From Cystobasidiomycetes sp. EMM_F5 (Eukaryota), in the NCBI GenBank assembly GCA_051047955.1, contig JBPGPT010000002.1, forward strand, positions 434,001 to 498,000: a stretch of DNA of 64,000 bases, read 5' to 3'. Shown here piece by piece: positions 47,228 through 59,964 of the stretch. The position numbers and the translations under genes were made by a program. Each line of letters starts with the position of its first letter. Position 1 is the stretch's first letter. The notes beneath the pieces were generated by a model. It ran no database searches. It saw only the letters and a list, made by a program, of their open reading frames with translations, and was not told the DNA's origin.

Positions 47228-48677
47228 CTACGCAGCTAAAGCCAACTCGCTGTTCACAATGTCGACACCGCTGCTGAGACCAGTCGGCTGATACATTAAG
47301 CCAGACGGCCGGACAGGCCAATCAAGCTTTGTATCCCCTTCTTGTCCACCCCGCTGCTTCGCAACTCTGACTTCCCTCTTCCGAATCCCGTCGTCCAGCT
47401 CGTCAATATATGGTGTACGGGGATCATGTAAAAAATCATCCTGGAGATGATCCTTTTTCTGCAAGGTTTGAGGATTTGTTGTCTTCTTCGATACTGTGGT
47501 AGTGACCATCTTCGCCTTTTTAGTCTTCGGATCCAGTCTCAACACTTTTCGTTCACCGCGAGCAGCGTCTGCAGCTTCTCTCGCCTGGTGAGCCTTGTAT
47601 GCGTTATCTATTTGTCGATAGTGGTCAACCCCTGCCGCCTTGCTGGCATACCCGGCAGCAGCGGTCGGGTGTGTCACACCAAACGCATTGGCTCCTTCGA
47701 GTGTAGGAAACTGGATAGATCGCCTGATACGCTCTTCTTCTTCAGACTCGAGTCGGAGCCGCTCAATTTCCCCGCGAATAATCTGATCTCGCTCAACCTC
47801 TTGTGCATGCGCGTAGCCATCCAGAACGCTTTGATTAGCCAACGGCGTGAGCGAGCAGCTTGGACATGAAGAATTGTATGGAACGTTGAGATCGCATAAT
47901 ATCAGTAGACACCTTGGACAGATCGAAGTAGTAGGCGAGAGAGGGTGTAAATTGCCTTTGATTGATGCGCAGTCAAGCATCAGCAGAAGCTTGCTGGCAA
48001 TATTTTGGATCGCACTCACCCTGACAGAAGCAAGCAATGCGCTTCCCTTGTCCCCTTGCTGAACGTATCCGCCTTTCGATGACCAGTAAAGCGGCTTGAA
48101 CTGTTTCCGAGCTGCCTGACGGAGGTTTACTCAACAAAGGACCAGGAGAGGGCGGTAAGGGTGATGAAGCTCGCGATGTACTGGCGGATGCGCATGCTAT
48201 ATTGACTGATGGTGCAGGTATCGGTTGTAACGGCTTGACGGGTTTATTGCTGGTAGCCGATAATTGTGTAGCGCTCGAAGGCGGGCCGGGTCGACGTGTA
48301 GAAGCCGAAGCAGTTGACGTGGAAGGAGAGCCTTTAGATGGAGCAGCTTTCGCTGCAGGTGGAAAGCGAGATTCGGCGTATGCGCGTATGAAGCTTGTTT
48401 GTGCCATATCATTGCCTATCAAGTTCTGCATCGGCCTTGGTCAGTGTACAAATGCGAGCACAGCAGCATCCAAATTCAGCAGTACAGTCAGTTGTTCTTG
48501 CAGCTCCGCGCGAGATTTCAGGTTGGCCAACATAGGCACAATCTGCTGGTCAATCGTTTCGTCATCTGCGTGCAAAGGGCAGCCATAAGCTGTGTCTGTG
48601 ATCACCGCCATTGCCATTGCACGCATACCGAGGCCCAGAAAGTAAGAAAGCTGCTTCCGAACCTCGTTTGCATCCAT
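47228..48677 (-). CDS. C2HC5 zinc-finger protein, Rqt4/TRIP4-like, spliced
   Basis: CFCQGNLHPL...CPRCLLILC...CPSC; helical N-terminus (LGLDDETIDQQIVPML...NLIG); RKVLRLD. Confidence 0.72.
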
Positions 48678-48828
48678 TGTTGCGCAGTGTCTTCAAGTTG
48701 GCAACTGGTCAATAACGGCACGATGCACGACAATGGAGATGGTCTCTTCTCATACCCTCATACCCCAAGACAGCTTTTGATACTGAAGACAACAAAATAG
48801 GTAGATTACGGATACACCAACGAGACCC

Positions 48829-51757
48829 TTACAGCCCTCTTGTCCATCGACCGCCGCAAAACAGGCAGCAGCGTGAGACGAATAGGAGTTCCTGCGCTGC
48901 TGCTTCATTCGCAGGGATGTCGCCATCTCCTTCGTTGGCATGAGCCGGTACTCTTGACTTTCTACTGCAGACGATACACGTTCGCACGGCAGGTGTTGAA
49001 AGGACTGCCAAGGTAACGCTGCATCTTACTGAAGAGAATGTCTTCTCAGTGAAGAGATCTACTTGGTGTAGAACGAGAACGTACACCATTCATGTCCGTT
49101 GCGACACGCACTTTTCCCTAAACGATCAAGGGCGATAACTTCCCCGCAAGCAGCGCATGCTTCGGCCCCTTCCGTTTGCATTCCCAGCATATCAGCATCG
49201 CTGTAGGCCTCGTCGGTTTGCATGGCTTCAATGTTCTGCGAAGCGCTATGAGAATGCAGAACCTCTGACACTGCCCTCAACACATTCGCCTGGGGCGTGG
49301 TAGCTGCAACATAACAGAAGGTAAGCAGTCAGGAATTCCGGAACGTGATAGGACTAACAGAGGCTTTGTAGGTCAAGTATGCGGAGTAGCGCAGAGAAGA
49401 CCACTGTGTAGACCTGACGCTTGAGACGCTCTTCCATCAAGGCAAATTGCGATTGTATGCTAGAGTCTTCGGATGATGTCTGCCCACGCAAACTCGTTTT
49501 AGCTTGCGAATGATGGTGCGCTCTAGGTGCGAGGTATACGTACTGCCCAATATCTGCATACAAGCATAGCCAGCCTTGCAGATTGTAAGGCCTTATCGCT
49601 TAGTAGGTACGACGCATAGTCGTTCTTCGACATGAGCGAGTCCGGTATGTGGGTATGCAGACCTACAGCGTTATCGATGATAGTAAGAACATGCGTTGCG
49701 ACAGCATTGTCCGCCAGATAGTGACGCATAGCGAGTAAGACGGGTAAGAGCGCCCGAGAGCTGGACTCGATGATTGCTTTCACATACCCTCATCAGCTGC
49801 TGTGTTATCAGAAGGAACAGGAGTGCGCACCTGGTTTTGACGCAACTAACAGGTTGTGCAAGGCGTGCGTGGAGCGTGGAGCCAGATCGTTCCCAAATGT
49901 CCTCCCTATTGCAAAAGAAGTTCTATGCATGACCGTGGCGCGAAATATCTTGACGTCCTTGGTATATCTTTCGTAAGCCCAGATGGCGCTTCCATTATGG
50001 TCAATCGGACAGAAGCCAGTTAGATTCATGTATGCTTGTTTGGGAACCGTCGGAGTTTTGGATACCCAAGCCGCTTCCTCGATGGCCCTGAAAGCTCGAT
50101 GGATACTGTCATTGAGCTCGAGCGAAGGCAGATTGTTATAGCTCTCGAGCGTATGCGCCGTCGGAACACTGGACAGATTTGACACGATGCGGAATGTCCC
50201 ATCCGTCAGCGCTACCACCAGTGTGTCTTCTGTTCTTATATGAACAACGTCAATAGGCGGTGAACAGCTTGTCCAGCCCCTATAGCTTTCGATTGGTAGT
50301 AACAATGTAGTGCTGGCTGTTTGCGACCAGACTGTCACTTCGCCGAGGCGTCCAACGACAAGCTGCCCTGTAGAAAGCCATTTCATCACAGTCGTACCTT
50401 TTTTACTAGTGAGAATGGATTGCTCTTGCTGAACAAACAGCTCTCCATCGGCCGTAAGGGATATGCGGAGAATTTTGACCGGACCTGTAGCGCATGCAAC
50501 TGCAAGCTGTATTGAGTACTCAACTGTGCATAAGAGCTCGGTGAGTGAATGGAGAAAGACGCACTTGACTACAGTACTCACTTTGGGCTGTAACCGGATT
50601 GAAGCAAGTGGTCCAGTCTGACCACGCCATTACCAGTGGCCAGGTCTCGCAGACAGGATGACAGCTTTTTCTTATCATTGCACTCTTTCCATCGAATCTG
50701 GTGGATTGTTGGTGCTGGCGTCAGCCGATCTTTCCGAGCGATATTGCAAGCACCCTAAAGGCATACCGCCAGCAACTGATTTCTCCACTCTTGTGACCGA
50801 TGGCGAGCAGGCTCTCATCTTGTACAGCATGTGACGGAGCAGCAGGTGACCACGCAATGGCTTCATCACAAACGTGCACATTAGCTTGGCGGGCGTCACT
50901 TATGAAGAGTCCGCACTTGTTGCCTGAGCATGCATGACTATTGCTTCCTTTGCCTGTCGCTGCTCTTGGGTGAAGTTATTGCTGTTCGTGTTGTAGAGAT
51001 CCGTATTCTGGGTAGACAGCTCTTCTAGTAGATGGTTGGTCAGGTCATACGCCTGAATATTGACTGGAAATCAATGAGGGCAGACATCAGACTGAAAGGA
51101 CGACGTACCATTAACCACGTAGACTTGATAGGATTGTTTCCTGGCGTCCAGATGCAGACTTCCCTATTGACGTTGAGTGAAGCCAGAACGCATCTTTGTG
51201 CACGAATGTCAGCGAGTCACTATAAGTACAAACAATCTTATCTACCCTCCCAGCTCGCTTAGACCACTTGGACTCCAGCAAGCCATTCGGAAGCCATTAT
51301 CTAGGCCACCGGGAGTTGCTTGCCGCGAGTCTTTGCAATATGTCAATATGGGACGCGCGATACGGTTCCGCATGTAAGGGCCAGCCTTACCATTTGTCCA
51401 GTCCTCCCAGTCAACAGCACGTACGGAGATCTCAATAACATTCTTGATCATAGGAAGGCCTTGACATTCTCCGCCGACAAAGTGCTCGTATCCCCTGTCT
51501 GAAGCCCACTGGTCTCTGGTCTTATTGCCGGGATATCCAGGCAGAGCTGAGCGGTCGGGGCGGATGGCCAATCCGATTGCAGGTGTCTGAGCAGATGTCA
51601 GCTTTCGAATGGAACGCTAGAAGCTGTCTTGACCGACCAGGATGTGTAAGGCTGCATGGGTCAATATAACAATCTGGCCGTCGGAGGATACGGAGACACC
51701 CGAAGAGTACCCGCTACGGTCTGACGAAGTCAGGATGCCGGCTGCTTCGACAATCAT
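48829..51757 (-). CDS. TFIIIC subunit (Sfc9/Tfc8/GTF3C4-like: propeller + C-terminal Zn finger), spliced
   Basis: SVSSDGQIVIL, ACWSPSGL; C-terminal CAAC...CRNGHEW.RCSVT...RTCIVC...CLFCGGRW. Confidence 0.75.
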
Positions 51758-51999
51758 CGTGTTCTCTTGGACGTGTGATTCGTTGACAGCAATCACGTAT
51801 CTAGATTATGATGAATGCACGTAGGTCACGTAGAAGGCATCGTCGCGTGGAAGCTTGAAGGTCATCAATGCTACATGCTAAGCATAGACGACATATTGGG
51901 CATTGTGCATACATTGAAAAGCTACAGTACTCTGCTTGAGGCATCGCTACAGACGGCAATCGAAAAAGCCACAGCGCACTAGAAGAGACGGCCTCCATA

Positions 52000-52545
52000 T
52001 CACATTGTCCCGTACGCTGGAGGCGGTCCCTTGGGTGGATCTACTGGAGCGTGCTGCTGCTGCTGTTGGTGGTATGTGTCCTGTTGCGGCTGAATGACAG
52101 CCTGCTGCTGCTGATGGCGGTGTTGCGGCAGAGGAGCTCCGATAGGCTGGTATACACCTTGCGAGACGTACACACTTCCGTTTGCACCGTATCGCTCGTC
52201 TGCTTGGATCTGTAGAGCGAGCGGCTGTTAATATAAGGCCCACGCGCACAGTGACGCTTACGAACCTTCTTGTAAATGAGCCAGAAAGCATACAGGCTGT
52301 AAGTAGGAAGTTAGCGAAAGCTTTATGCAGTCAGGCATATGGGTGCATACTGTCCAGGTATGTCTACAAATCAGGAAATTAGGGATACGCTGGCCAATGA
52401 CGAAAAAGCTACACCTACATCCAAGGACGGTGAGCAGTATACTCAGCAACAGAGCGCACGAGCAGCCAGTCAGAATGGCAGCAGCGGCTGGCGGGAATAG
52501 GATCGCAATGACGACGAGCAGGATGTCTGCAGTGTGGACGGTCAT
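52000..52545 (-). CDS. Pmp3/Sna3-family proteolipid with Gln-rich tail and PPAY motif, spliced
   Basis: DILLVVIAILFPPAAA...LLSILLTVLGYIPGHLYAFWLI; tail ends GPPPAYGTM*. Confidence 0.88.
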
Positions 52546-52880
52546 GGCTTGCGGGATGTTTTGAGACGTGCGCAGTTTGGTCGGTAGTGACGAAACCGGC
52601 TTGAAAAGGCTGCAACTCGAAAACGCCTTGTTCATGGGTCAGATCGAGACACCAAACCTGCAACGATCACAAGAGCAAGGAGAAGCTGGTGCTGTTACCC
52701 AAAGCTGTATGAACTGATTGACCAGCTGCTTTCGTATATCAACGACGCCACGAAGGCAGGACATTGGCTTATAGGTATGTCAGGCTAATATATAAGCTAA
52801 TCAGACATTGAATCTTCTTCCTCTTCTAATAAGAAATTGCTGCACATTGACATTCTGGTTGTACGCCTCCATCGTTTCGT

Positions 52881-54282
52881 CTACAGAGTAGGCTGCTCGG
52901 CCTGGGGGGTGATGCGGGCACCGTGACGGCGGTAAGGAGTGTCGGCGAAATCGACGATAGCTGTGTGGGCCGTGACTATTAAGCAGAAAGGATCATGGGT
53001 CAGTCAGCGTTCTTGTTTGATCTGAGAAAACTGGACCTACTTCGATTGTCCCAAAGCACTACGGTCTTTGGCCTGAGGGACAGAAGGTAGTCAGAGAATA
53101 CACAGAGCGGAGTGGAGTGCGCAAGCCATACCTCCAGCGCAGGCGGATCTGGAAGTCCGCGCCCTTCTCGATGTGGTCATAGAGGACGCCGAGAATGGCA
53201 TCAGATTCCTCCTTCTTCAGGCCGACGATGTAGCGAGTGAATTGTCGATTGACGAAAAGAGCTTTTTCTCCAGTCACGGGGTGTTTACGGATGATTGGAT
53301 GGACGTTCTCTACTGGATCGCGCTTGACGATACCGCCACGTCCGCCCTTCTTGGCAAACTCTGCTTGCTCCACTCCGCTGTGAACGGCAGTGAGAGTCTC
53401 GAGGTATTCGCGGAAGGATGGCGACAGACGCTTATAAGCTCCGCGCTGGTCGGCATATCCAGTATCTCCGCCCGCCGGTGGGGAGTCAAACAGGAAGAGA
53501 GCAGTCAAGCCAGGCGGCTGCTTCTCGTAGGTGACGTCCGAGTGCCATGCAGACGTGGAGAATCGCTCGGCGCGCTCATAGTTGAAATTCTTCTGTGGGT
53601 CGCGGCTAGAATACGTGCAATGTTAGGTCTACATCGATACTGCGTCAAGAATGCTCACTAGACTAGATGGAACTCCGGGTAGTCCTTTGGTGCACCAGAC
53701 ACAGGATGGATGTGGTTCTGTAGAGCCCATGAGTCAGCAATAATTCAGTCTCGACATGATCACCTCATTTACGCGTCCAAAGAACGTTCCCCAGTCATTA
53801 AGAAGCCATTCGGGGTCTTGATCAATGAAGTCTTGGTTGCGGAACGCTACAGCTCCTCTTTGTGCGATGTACAGAGCTGCGACAAAGCATTGTTAGCTGT
53901 GTTCTCCGCTTTCATCTTGTGCCTTACCGAGTTGCTGGCGACCTTGGGTATCGAGCTTGCTCAGCTGGATACCATCAACCTCGGACCCGAATGATGGGGT
54001 GACGTCTTCCACTTCTGCACCGTCCAGGAATGCTCGAGGGTTGACAAGCTTGAGTGCTTCATGGCCCGGGTCAACATGGCGGAACAGCTCGAGCGGTGGC
54101 AGCTTCAGCGACGGATCAAAAGTTGGCAGATACTTTGCATAGGGATACTCGGAGTCGGGCTTGCCAGTCTGACTGAACCAAACGGGCTTGCTGACTGCTG
54201 ACTGTTCTTGCTGACGTTCTGCGACCTTCTGAGCTGGGCGAAGCGTGATGGAGCCGATGGTCTCTTCGAGAGTTCTGCTCAT
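52881..54282 (-). CDS. JLP1: TauD/TfdA alpha-ketoglutarate-dependent sulfonate dioxygenase, spliced
   Basis: WHSDVTYEKQPPG (HxD), GGDT, HPIIRKHPVTGEKALFVN, WDNR.TAH, RRHGARITPQAEQP. Confidence 0.9.
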
Positions 54283-55058
54283 CGTGGAGATTCTTCGTTT
54301 CTTGGATTGCAATGCAAACGTTACGAGGAAGAAGACAGCACAACAGCAAGAGCTTCACACCTTTATATGTCGCTCTCGGCACGGTATGGCGACACTCGAC
54401 TTGGCCTTGCCGCTGCCAGGAGCACGCCATGCTGCAGCACCATCCGAAACTGTAAACACCGGCTGACTGTGCAGCTTTCCTAAGAGGAAGCACACATGTC
54501 GCAACTCGTCACCTCGGAAGGCGGCATAGCGGTAATTTCGCACATCGACCTAGCACAAAAGTCGGATAATTGGCCGGATACTTGTCGAATGTGGCGTGCC
54601 CATTGCGCCATCCTAAAGCGACCCCAGTATTCAAACCATACCAAGGCTCGGTAAATGCTCACCTTTATGTCCTCTGATAACAGCGTGTGTGCATCCTGAA
54701 AAGCGGATAATTGGTTTTGCTCGTGATACTCATCGGCGCGCGGCGGAGACCTTTCGGTTTCAAGAGCTCCGCTTGGCGCCTTGCATTGAACGCCTGGCGC
54801 CTGCGGCTCTTCTATGTCGCTATCTTGAGCGTCGCATCATTCATGCGATATGGAAAAGTCTGCTTGTCACGCCTGTCGCACACCATACTACACGGTCTTG
54901 ATGCAATCTACAATTTTGATCCTTATAGCTGATCAACGAGAAGCGACAGTCGTTGTTCATAAGCAGCTGTGCTCACTCTTGCATCTGCACTCTTGCTTAG
55001 AACACACTCTCACCCTCCCCACCTCGCTCGGCGTTCCTGACTGACGTCCGCTGCAATA

Positions 55059-57298
55059 ATGTCTCGACCAGCTCCAGTTGCACACAGCGATACAAGCGGG
55101 TCAAATCCGTCGCCAACTGAATCCCTCAAGTCCTTTGAGGCCGATGGTACTCTGGTCACTTCGCCTGATCAAGAAAAGATCAAAGAGTTTGACAGTCTCA
55201 ACAGTAGTATCTACGATGTCCGGTCAGCGGGTCCTCTGGCTCCCGCAGATGTCCAGACTTCCACGCCAGGCTTCGCGCTGCTTTGCCTCCTGGGCATAAA
55301 AAAGAGGAGTACTCTGCCAGACCAAGACGCGATAGCCACTCCAGAGAGTGTTTACGACACGCCGCATGCGCATCATTACGTTCCTTCCGAATCCTGGGAG
55401 AATATCGCTGCCTTCGACCCCTCCTTCCGGTGGACCTATCGCGAGCAGAAGAAGCTGTTGCGCAAAACCGACCTCAAGATCTTGCTGTGGACAATGACGA
55501 TGTGGCAAGTTTCAATTGCCAGCATTCAAAACCAGTATTAGACTAATGCTCTGTTTGCCGACTTCATTTTTCAGGTTTGCGGTCAATGTCATTCGCGGCA
55601 ACCTCGGCAACGCTACTGCAGACAACTTCCTCAAGGATGCTGGCATATCTCAATCTGATTACAATCTTGGGCTGACACTACAACGTGTTGGCTTCTTGGC
55701 GGCAGAACTACCAAGTCAGATTATCGGCAAGAAACTGGGAGTCGACATCTGGCTCCCAATCCAGCTCGTAATCTTCTCAGTGTTGGGCATGGCACAATTT
55801 GCCATCAACGGGCCGGCTTCGTACATCTGCTTGCGCTTCTTCATTGCGCTGTTTCAAGGCGGGTATGTTGCAGCGCGCCTAGGAGTATAGGCAAAGTCAC
55901 TGACTGGACGCCTTTATCAGGTTTGTTCCGGACTGCCTTCTCTATATTTCTTACTACTACGATAAAAGGGAATACCCCATCCGTCTCGCTCTCTTCTGGA
56001 CCATCAATTCCTTTGCAAGCATCTTTACAGGCTTTACTAGCGTTGGTCTAATCCAGATGCGAGGCGTACTAGGCTACAGCGGCTGGCGGTGGATGTTCCT
56101 CATTCACGGTCTACTGGCTCTGCTCATAGGCATAGCTTCGTTCTTTATGCTGGCCGCTTCACCATCCCAGACTAAGAACCGCTTACGTCCGAATGGCTTC
56201 TTCACCGACAAAGAAGTCAAGATCATTGTCAACAAGGTAAGCTACCAATTTCTAATACACCGTAAGTTGTAACTAACGTTAGGTGTGCTCAGATTATTCG
56301 CGATGATCCAGGCAAAGCCACAATGCACAATCGTCAAGCGCTTACACCTCGTCTTCTGTGGAAAAGTTTCAAGGACTTTGATCTATGGCCACTGTATATC
56401 GTTGGACTCATGTTTGGTATCCCAGCTTATCCCATCTCGAATTACCTCCAGCTTAGTTACAGTAAGTCCGGCCCCCTTCGACAATTTCTATGCTTACATT
56501 CCGCTTCAGAACAACTCGGCTTCTCGACCGTTGTCACCAATCTGTTATCCGTTCCGTACAACGTTCTCACAATCATCTTCCTGTTGGCACTCACCGTCGC
56601 CTCCGAGCTCTTCAACAGCCGTACATGGGTCTCTTCGGTAGAAAACTGGTGGTTTCTGATCGGCTTCATTCCGCTCGTGGCCTTGAAAACACCGTCTGCG
56701 TGGTCATACTTTGCCATGTCGTGAGTCTGCGTCTTGCCGACAACGAAATTCGAGTATCTGATCTCGGATCGTCTCACCTGCACCCGCAGCACTTTCATCC
56801 TATCTTACCCGTACGCACATGCCATCCAAGCAGCTTGGTGCTCTAGAAATGCAGGCACTGTTCGCACGAGAACCGTGGCTGCTGCACTGTACAATATGGC
56901 CGTGCAAACCTCTGGTATAATAGGTGCAAATCGTAAGTGAGGTCAAGCATAGGCGGCCATGCTAGCTCAACCTGTCTGATCGCCTCTCCTTGTCATTTTC
57001 GCAACAGTCTATCAAGCTTCGGATGCGCCTCGTTACACAAAAGCCAACGCTGCCATCCTCGCCATTATCGTCTTCAATGTCATCATCATGTACCCTGGTG
57101 TCTGGCTCTACTATCGCACACGTAACGCTCACAAAGCCAAGATTTGGGATGCTATGAGCAAAGAACAGAAAGAACATTGTGAGCAACGACACTGTTGAGG
57201 CCGCAATGCGCGATCGTGCTGATGTTGGTCCGGTGACAGACTTTGCGACGACCAAGGACGAAGGTGCTCGACGATTGGATTTCCGTTTCGCGTACTGA
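55059..57298 (+). CDS. Dal5/ACS-family MFS transporter, Soa1/AstA (sulfonate/sulfate)-like, spliced
   Basis: WENIAAFDPSFRWTYREQKKLLRKTD, FLAAELPSQ, GWRWMFL, IIRDDPGKATMHNRQ, DFDLWPLY, AWCSRNAG, LDFRFAY*. First intron is GC-AG. Confidence 0.87.
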
Positions 57299-57615
57299 AT
57301 TATGTGCATTAACGTCCTGCAAGCGAACGGGGTGTACGGTTAGCAGTAATGTCCAGACAGCTTGCTGTCAATCAAGAAACTAAGATGTTGATCGAGTCAA
57401 TAGAGGTAGATAGTGGAATTGTGCTTGGACATAGAGTAGCTTGTCAATATAATCGAAGAATACGCCTTGGGCATTTGTCACAAATTCCCCGCGCGGCTGT
57501 GTTTCCGGCTTCTCGAGCGCTGAGATCTGTGCCTGGAGCGCATCATTGCCTGACGCTGTGCTTTTTGCCTGTTGACGACCTACACCCAGAGCAACCCACT
57601 GAACCTTCTGAAGCC

Positions 57616-59964
57616 ATGTTCAAGGCGACAGTCAACCCGTACGATGAGGTTGTCGGTGCGTGGCTTTACCTGACCGCAGCGCCATGCACAGGCTGACGGA
57701 GACTTGGTCGCGGTCAACAGCCAAAGCAACAGACGAGAACCAGTGCGCTTTCAAGATATCAGCGCAGTGACGTTCTGCACTTGTACTGACGGCTGGTCTG
57801 GCAATTGTGTTTGCAGAACAAGCGAAGACTGGGGTATCCTAGCCACAGGTGCGCACTATCGACGTCAAAGCAGCTATGTGGCATTTCTGACAGAGAATAC
57901 CGCAGTCTGGGACAAAGTCAACGACGATGGAGCCACAGGGTTTGTCCTGAGGCCGCAGACGACGTTGGTATGACGTTGCTGACATGTTTCACCCTGAAGG
58001 TCGCGCAATTGCATCGCAGCGATACAGAAACGATTGCAACATCGAAATGCAAACGTGCAGTTATACGCGCTTACAGTAAGCTTGCTGCAGCATCTGTCCG
58101 CTAGTTGCCACCACTGACCCAGCAGGTAACCAGCTATCAGACGCTCTGGTCAATAACTGCGGTATCAACCTGCACAGGGAGATATCCAGTAGAGCTTTTA
58201 CGCAAACGCTGAGCCGTATCGTCCAGGATAGGGTGCGTGTGCAAGACAGGTGCTGAACGCACATCACTGAGACACGATCTCACCACTAGACTACGCACGA
58301 CAAAGTACGGCGTCGCATAATGCAGCTCCTCAAGAGCTGGACAGAAACGTTCAAAAAGGATGAAACCCTCGGTATTGTCGAAGAAACGTATGAACAGCTT
58401 AAAAAGTCTCGTAAGAATCGTCTGCATTGTCGCACGGCGGGCGTGTCACCATCCTGATGTATATTGCTACAGATCGTGCTGAGGAGTCATCGAGTGCACC
58501 AGTGCCAGATACAAGAGCTTCGCACCAGCTCATGAAGCAGGAAGAGGAGGACATGCAGCGTGCGATAGCAGAGTCCGAAGCGTTAGCGCGTCAACAGAAT
58601 ACACGGCAAGGTTACGTGCCTTCAGCCGCACCTGCCACGAACTACGCGAGCGCTCCGTCTGGCCCATTCTTCACTTCTGCAGACGGAAAGGCATTGCCGG
58701 AGGTACAGCCTCAGGCTTCCACCTCTGCTCAGCAGCCGTACGAACGAACGGCGTCGAATCAGCCGCCCTCTGCACCGTCTAGGGTCAGAGCATTGTACGA
58801 CTTTGAGCCTCAAGAAGAAGGCGAACTCGCTTTTCGACGCGGAGACGTCATCCGCGTCGTAAATTCAGCATACGAAGGCTGGTGGAAGGGCGAACTGGAT
58901 GGAAGAGTCGGCATCTTCCCGTTAACATATATTGTTTGTGGTGGCTCTGCTGAGCGTGGTATGTGAAATCTCAGGTCTGACGAGATTGCTCCGTAGGAAA
59001 TTATACCGGATCCAACGCCGGAGAGCGTACTGCGGGATGCAGAGATTGAGTCTCAAGTTTTCGCTCAGGCTGGCAGCGTTGACAGACTGCTCTCAATGCT
59101 GTCGGCCGCTGATGCTCAGGGTAGCAACATCAGCGAGGACGATGAGCTGATGGTCAGTCTTGGAGCCAAATCTAGAATGAGCTTAGCGTTGACTTTGCAT
59201 CCTTCTTTTTCTACAGGATTTATATCAGCAATGCATCCTCCTCCGGCCAAAGATCGTCAACCTACTTTCCAAATATAATCAAAAACAGAGTCAGTCTTGA
59301 CATTGTTCATAGCTACGAGACTCTCTGCTTACTGACGATTTTGTTCAGAGGATCTTTCTAGTTTACATGAAAAATGGAAAGTCGCCAAGACTGCCTACGA
59401 CTCCATGCTTGACGAGAGCGAGCAGAAGAGGCAAGCGCAATCTACAAGTCGGTTTGCCGGATACGGCGCGCAGCAGCCGCCATATCAGCCTCAGGTGGTG
59501 CCACAGCAGCAAACTTTCCCGCAGCAACAATTACATCCTGTCGGTCGAGAACAGTCATAGTGAGCCATGGCATCGAGGGACGTAGAGTCTACAGTACTGA
59601 ATGAGCATGAGCGCTTTGCAGTTACCCTGGACAGCACCTACCTCCGCAGCAGCACCTGCCTCAACCCGGTTCCGGAGGACCAATACACGAGAATGGACCG
59701 CATGTTCAGCAGCCAGCTCTGCGCCACTCCTCAAATTCGTATGCAGGTAGCGGAGGACCTCAAGGTCCTGGGATACCGCCGACTGCACAATCACAAGCGG
59801 TCGTACCTCCGTTACATCAGTTGCAGCATCAGCCACCGTTCAGTTATGGAAGTGGGCCAGGGCCTAACGCAGGTCCGGGTCCTGCGTACCACGGGGCACA
59901 TCAGCCGCAGGGCATGCAGCAGCAGCAATTTCAGCACGCTCCGACGACGAATGGCTATGCTTAA
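57616..59964 (+). CDS. HSE1: ESCRT-0 subunit Hse1/STAM (VHS-UIM-SH3-GAT), spliced
   Basis: [31 protein letters not shown] (VHS); [12 protein letters not shown] (UIM); VRALYDF...WWKGE..GIFP (SH3); [12 protein letters not shown]-rich tail. Confidence 0.92.

Noticed and set aside
1499..57298. Window-wide sulfur cluster (MET13, CBS-domain gene, JLP1-like, SOA1-like)
   Set aside because: The genes are separated by tens of kb of unrelated housekeeping genes, and the CBS protein has no catalytic domain. Only the adjacent pair is supported.
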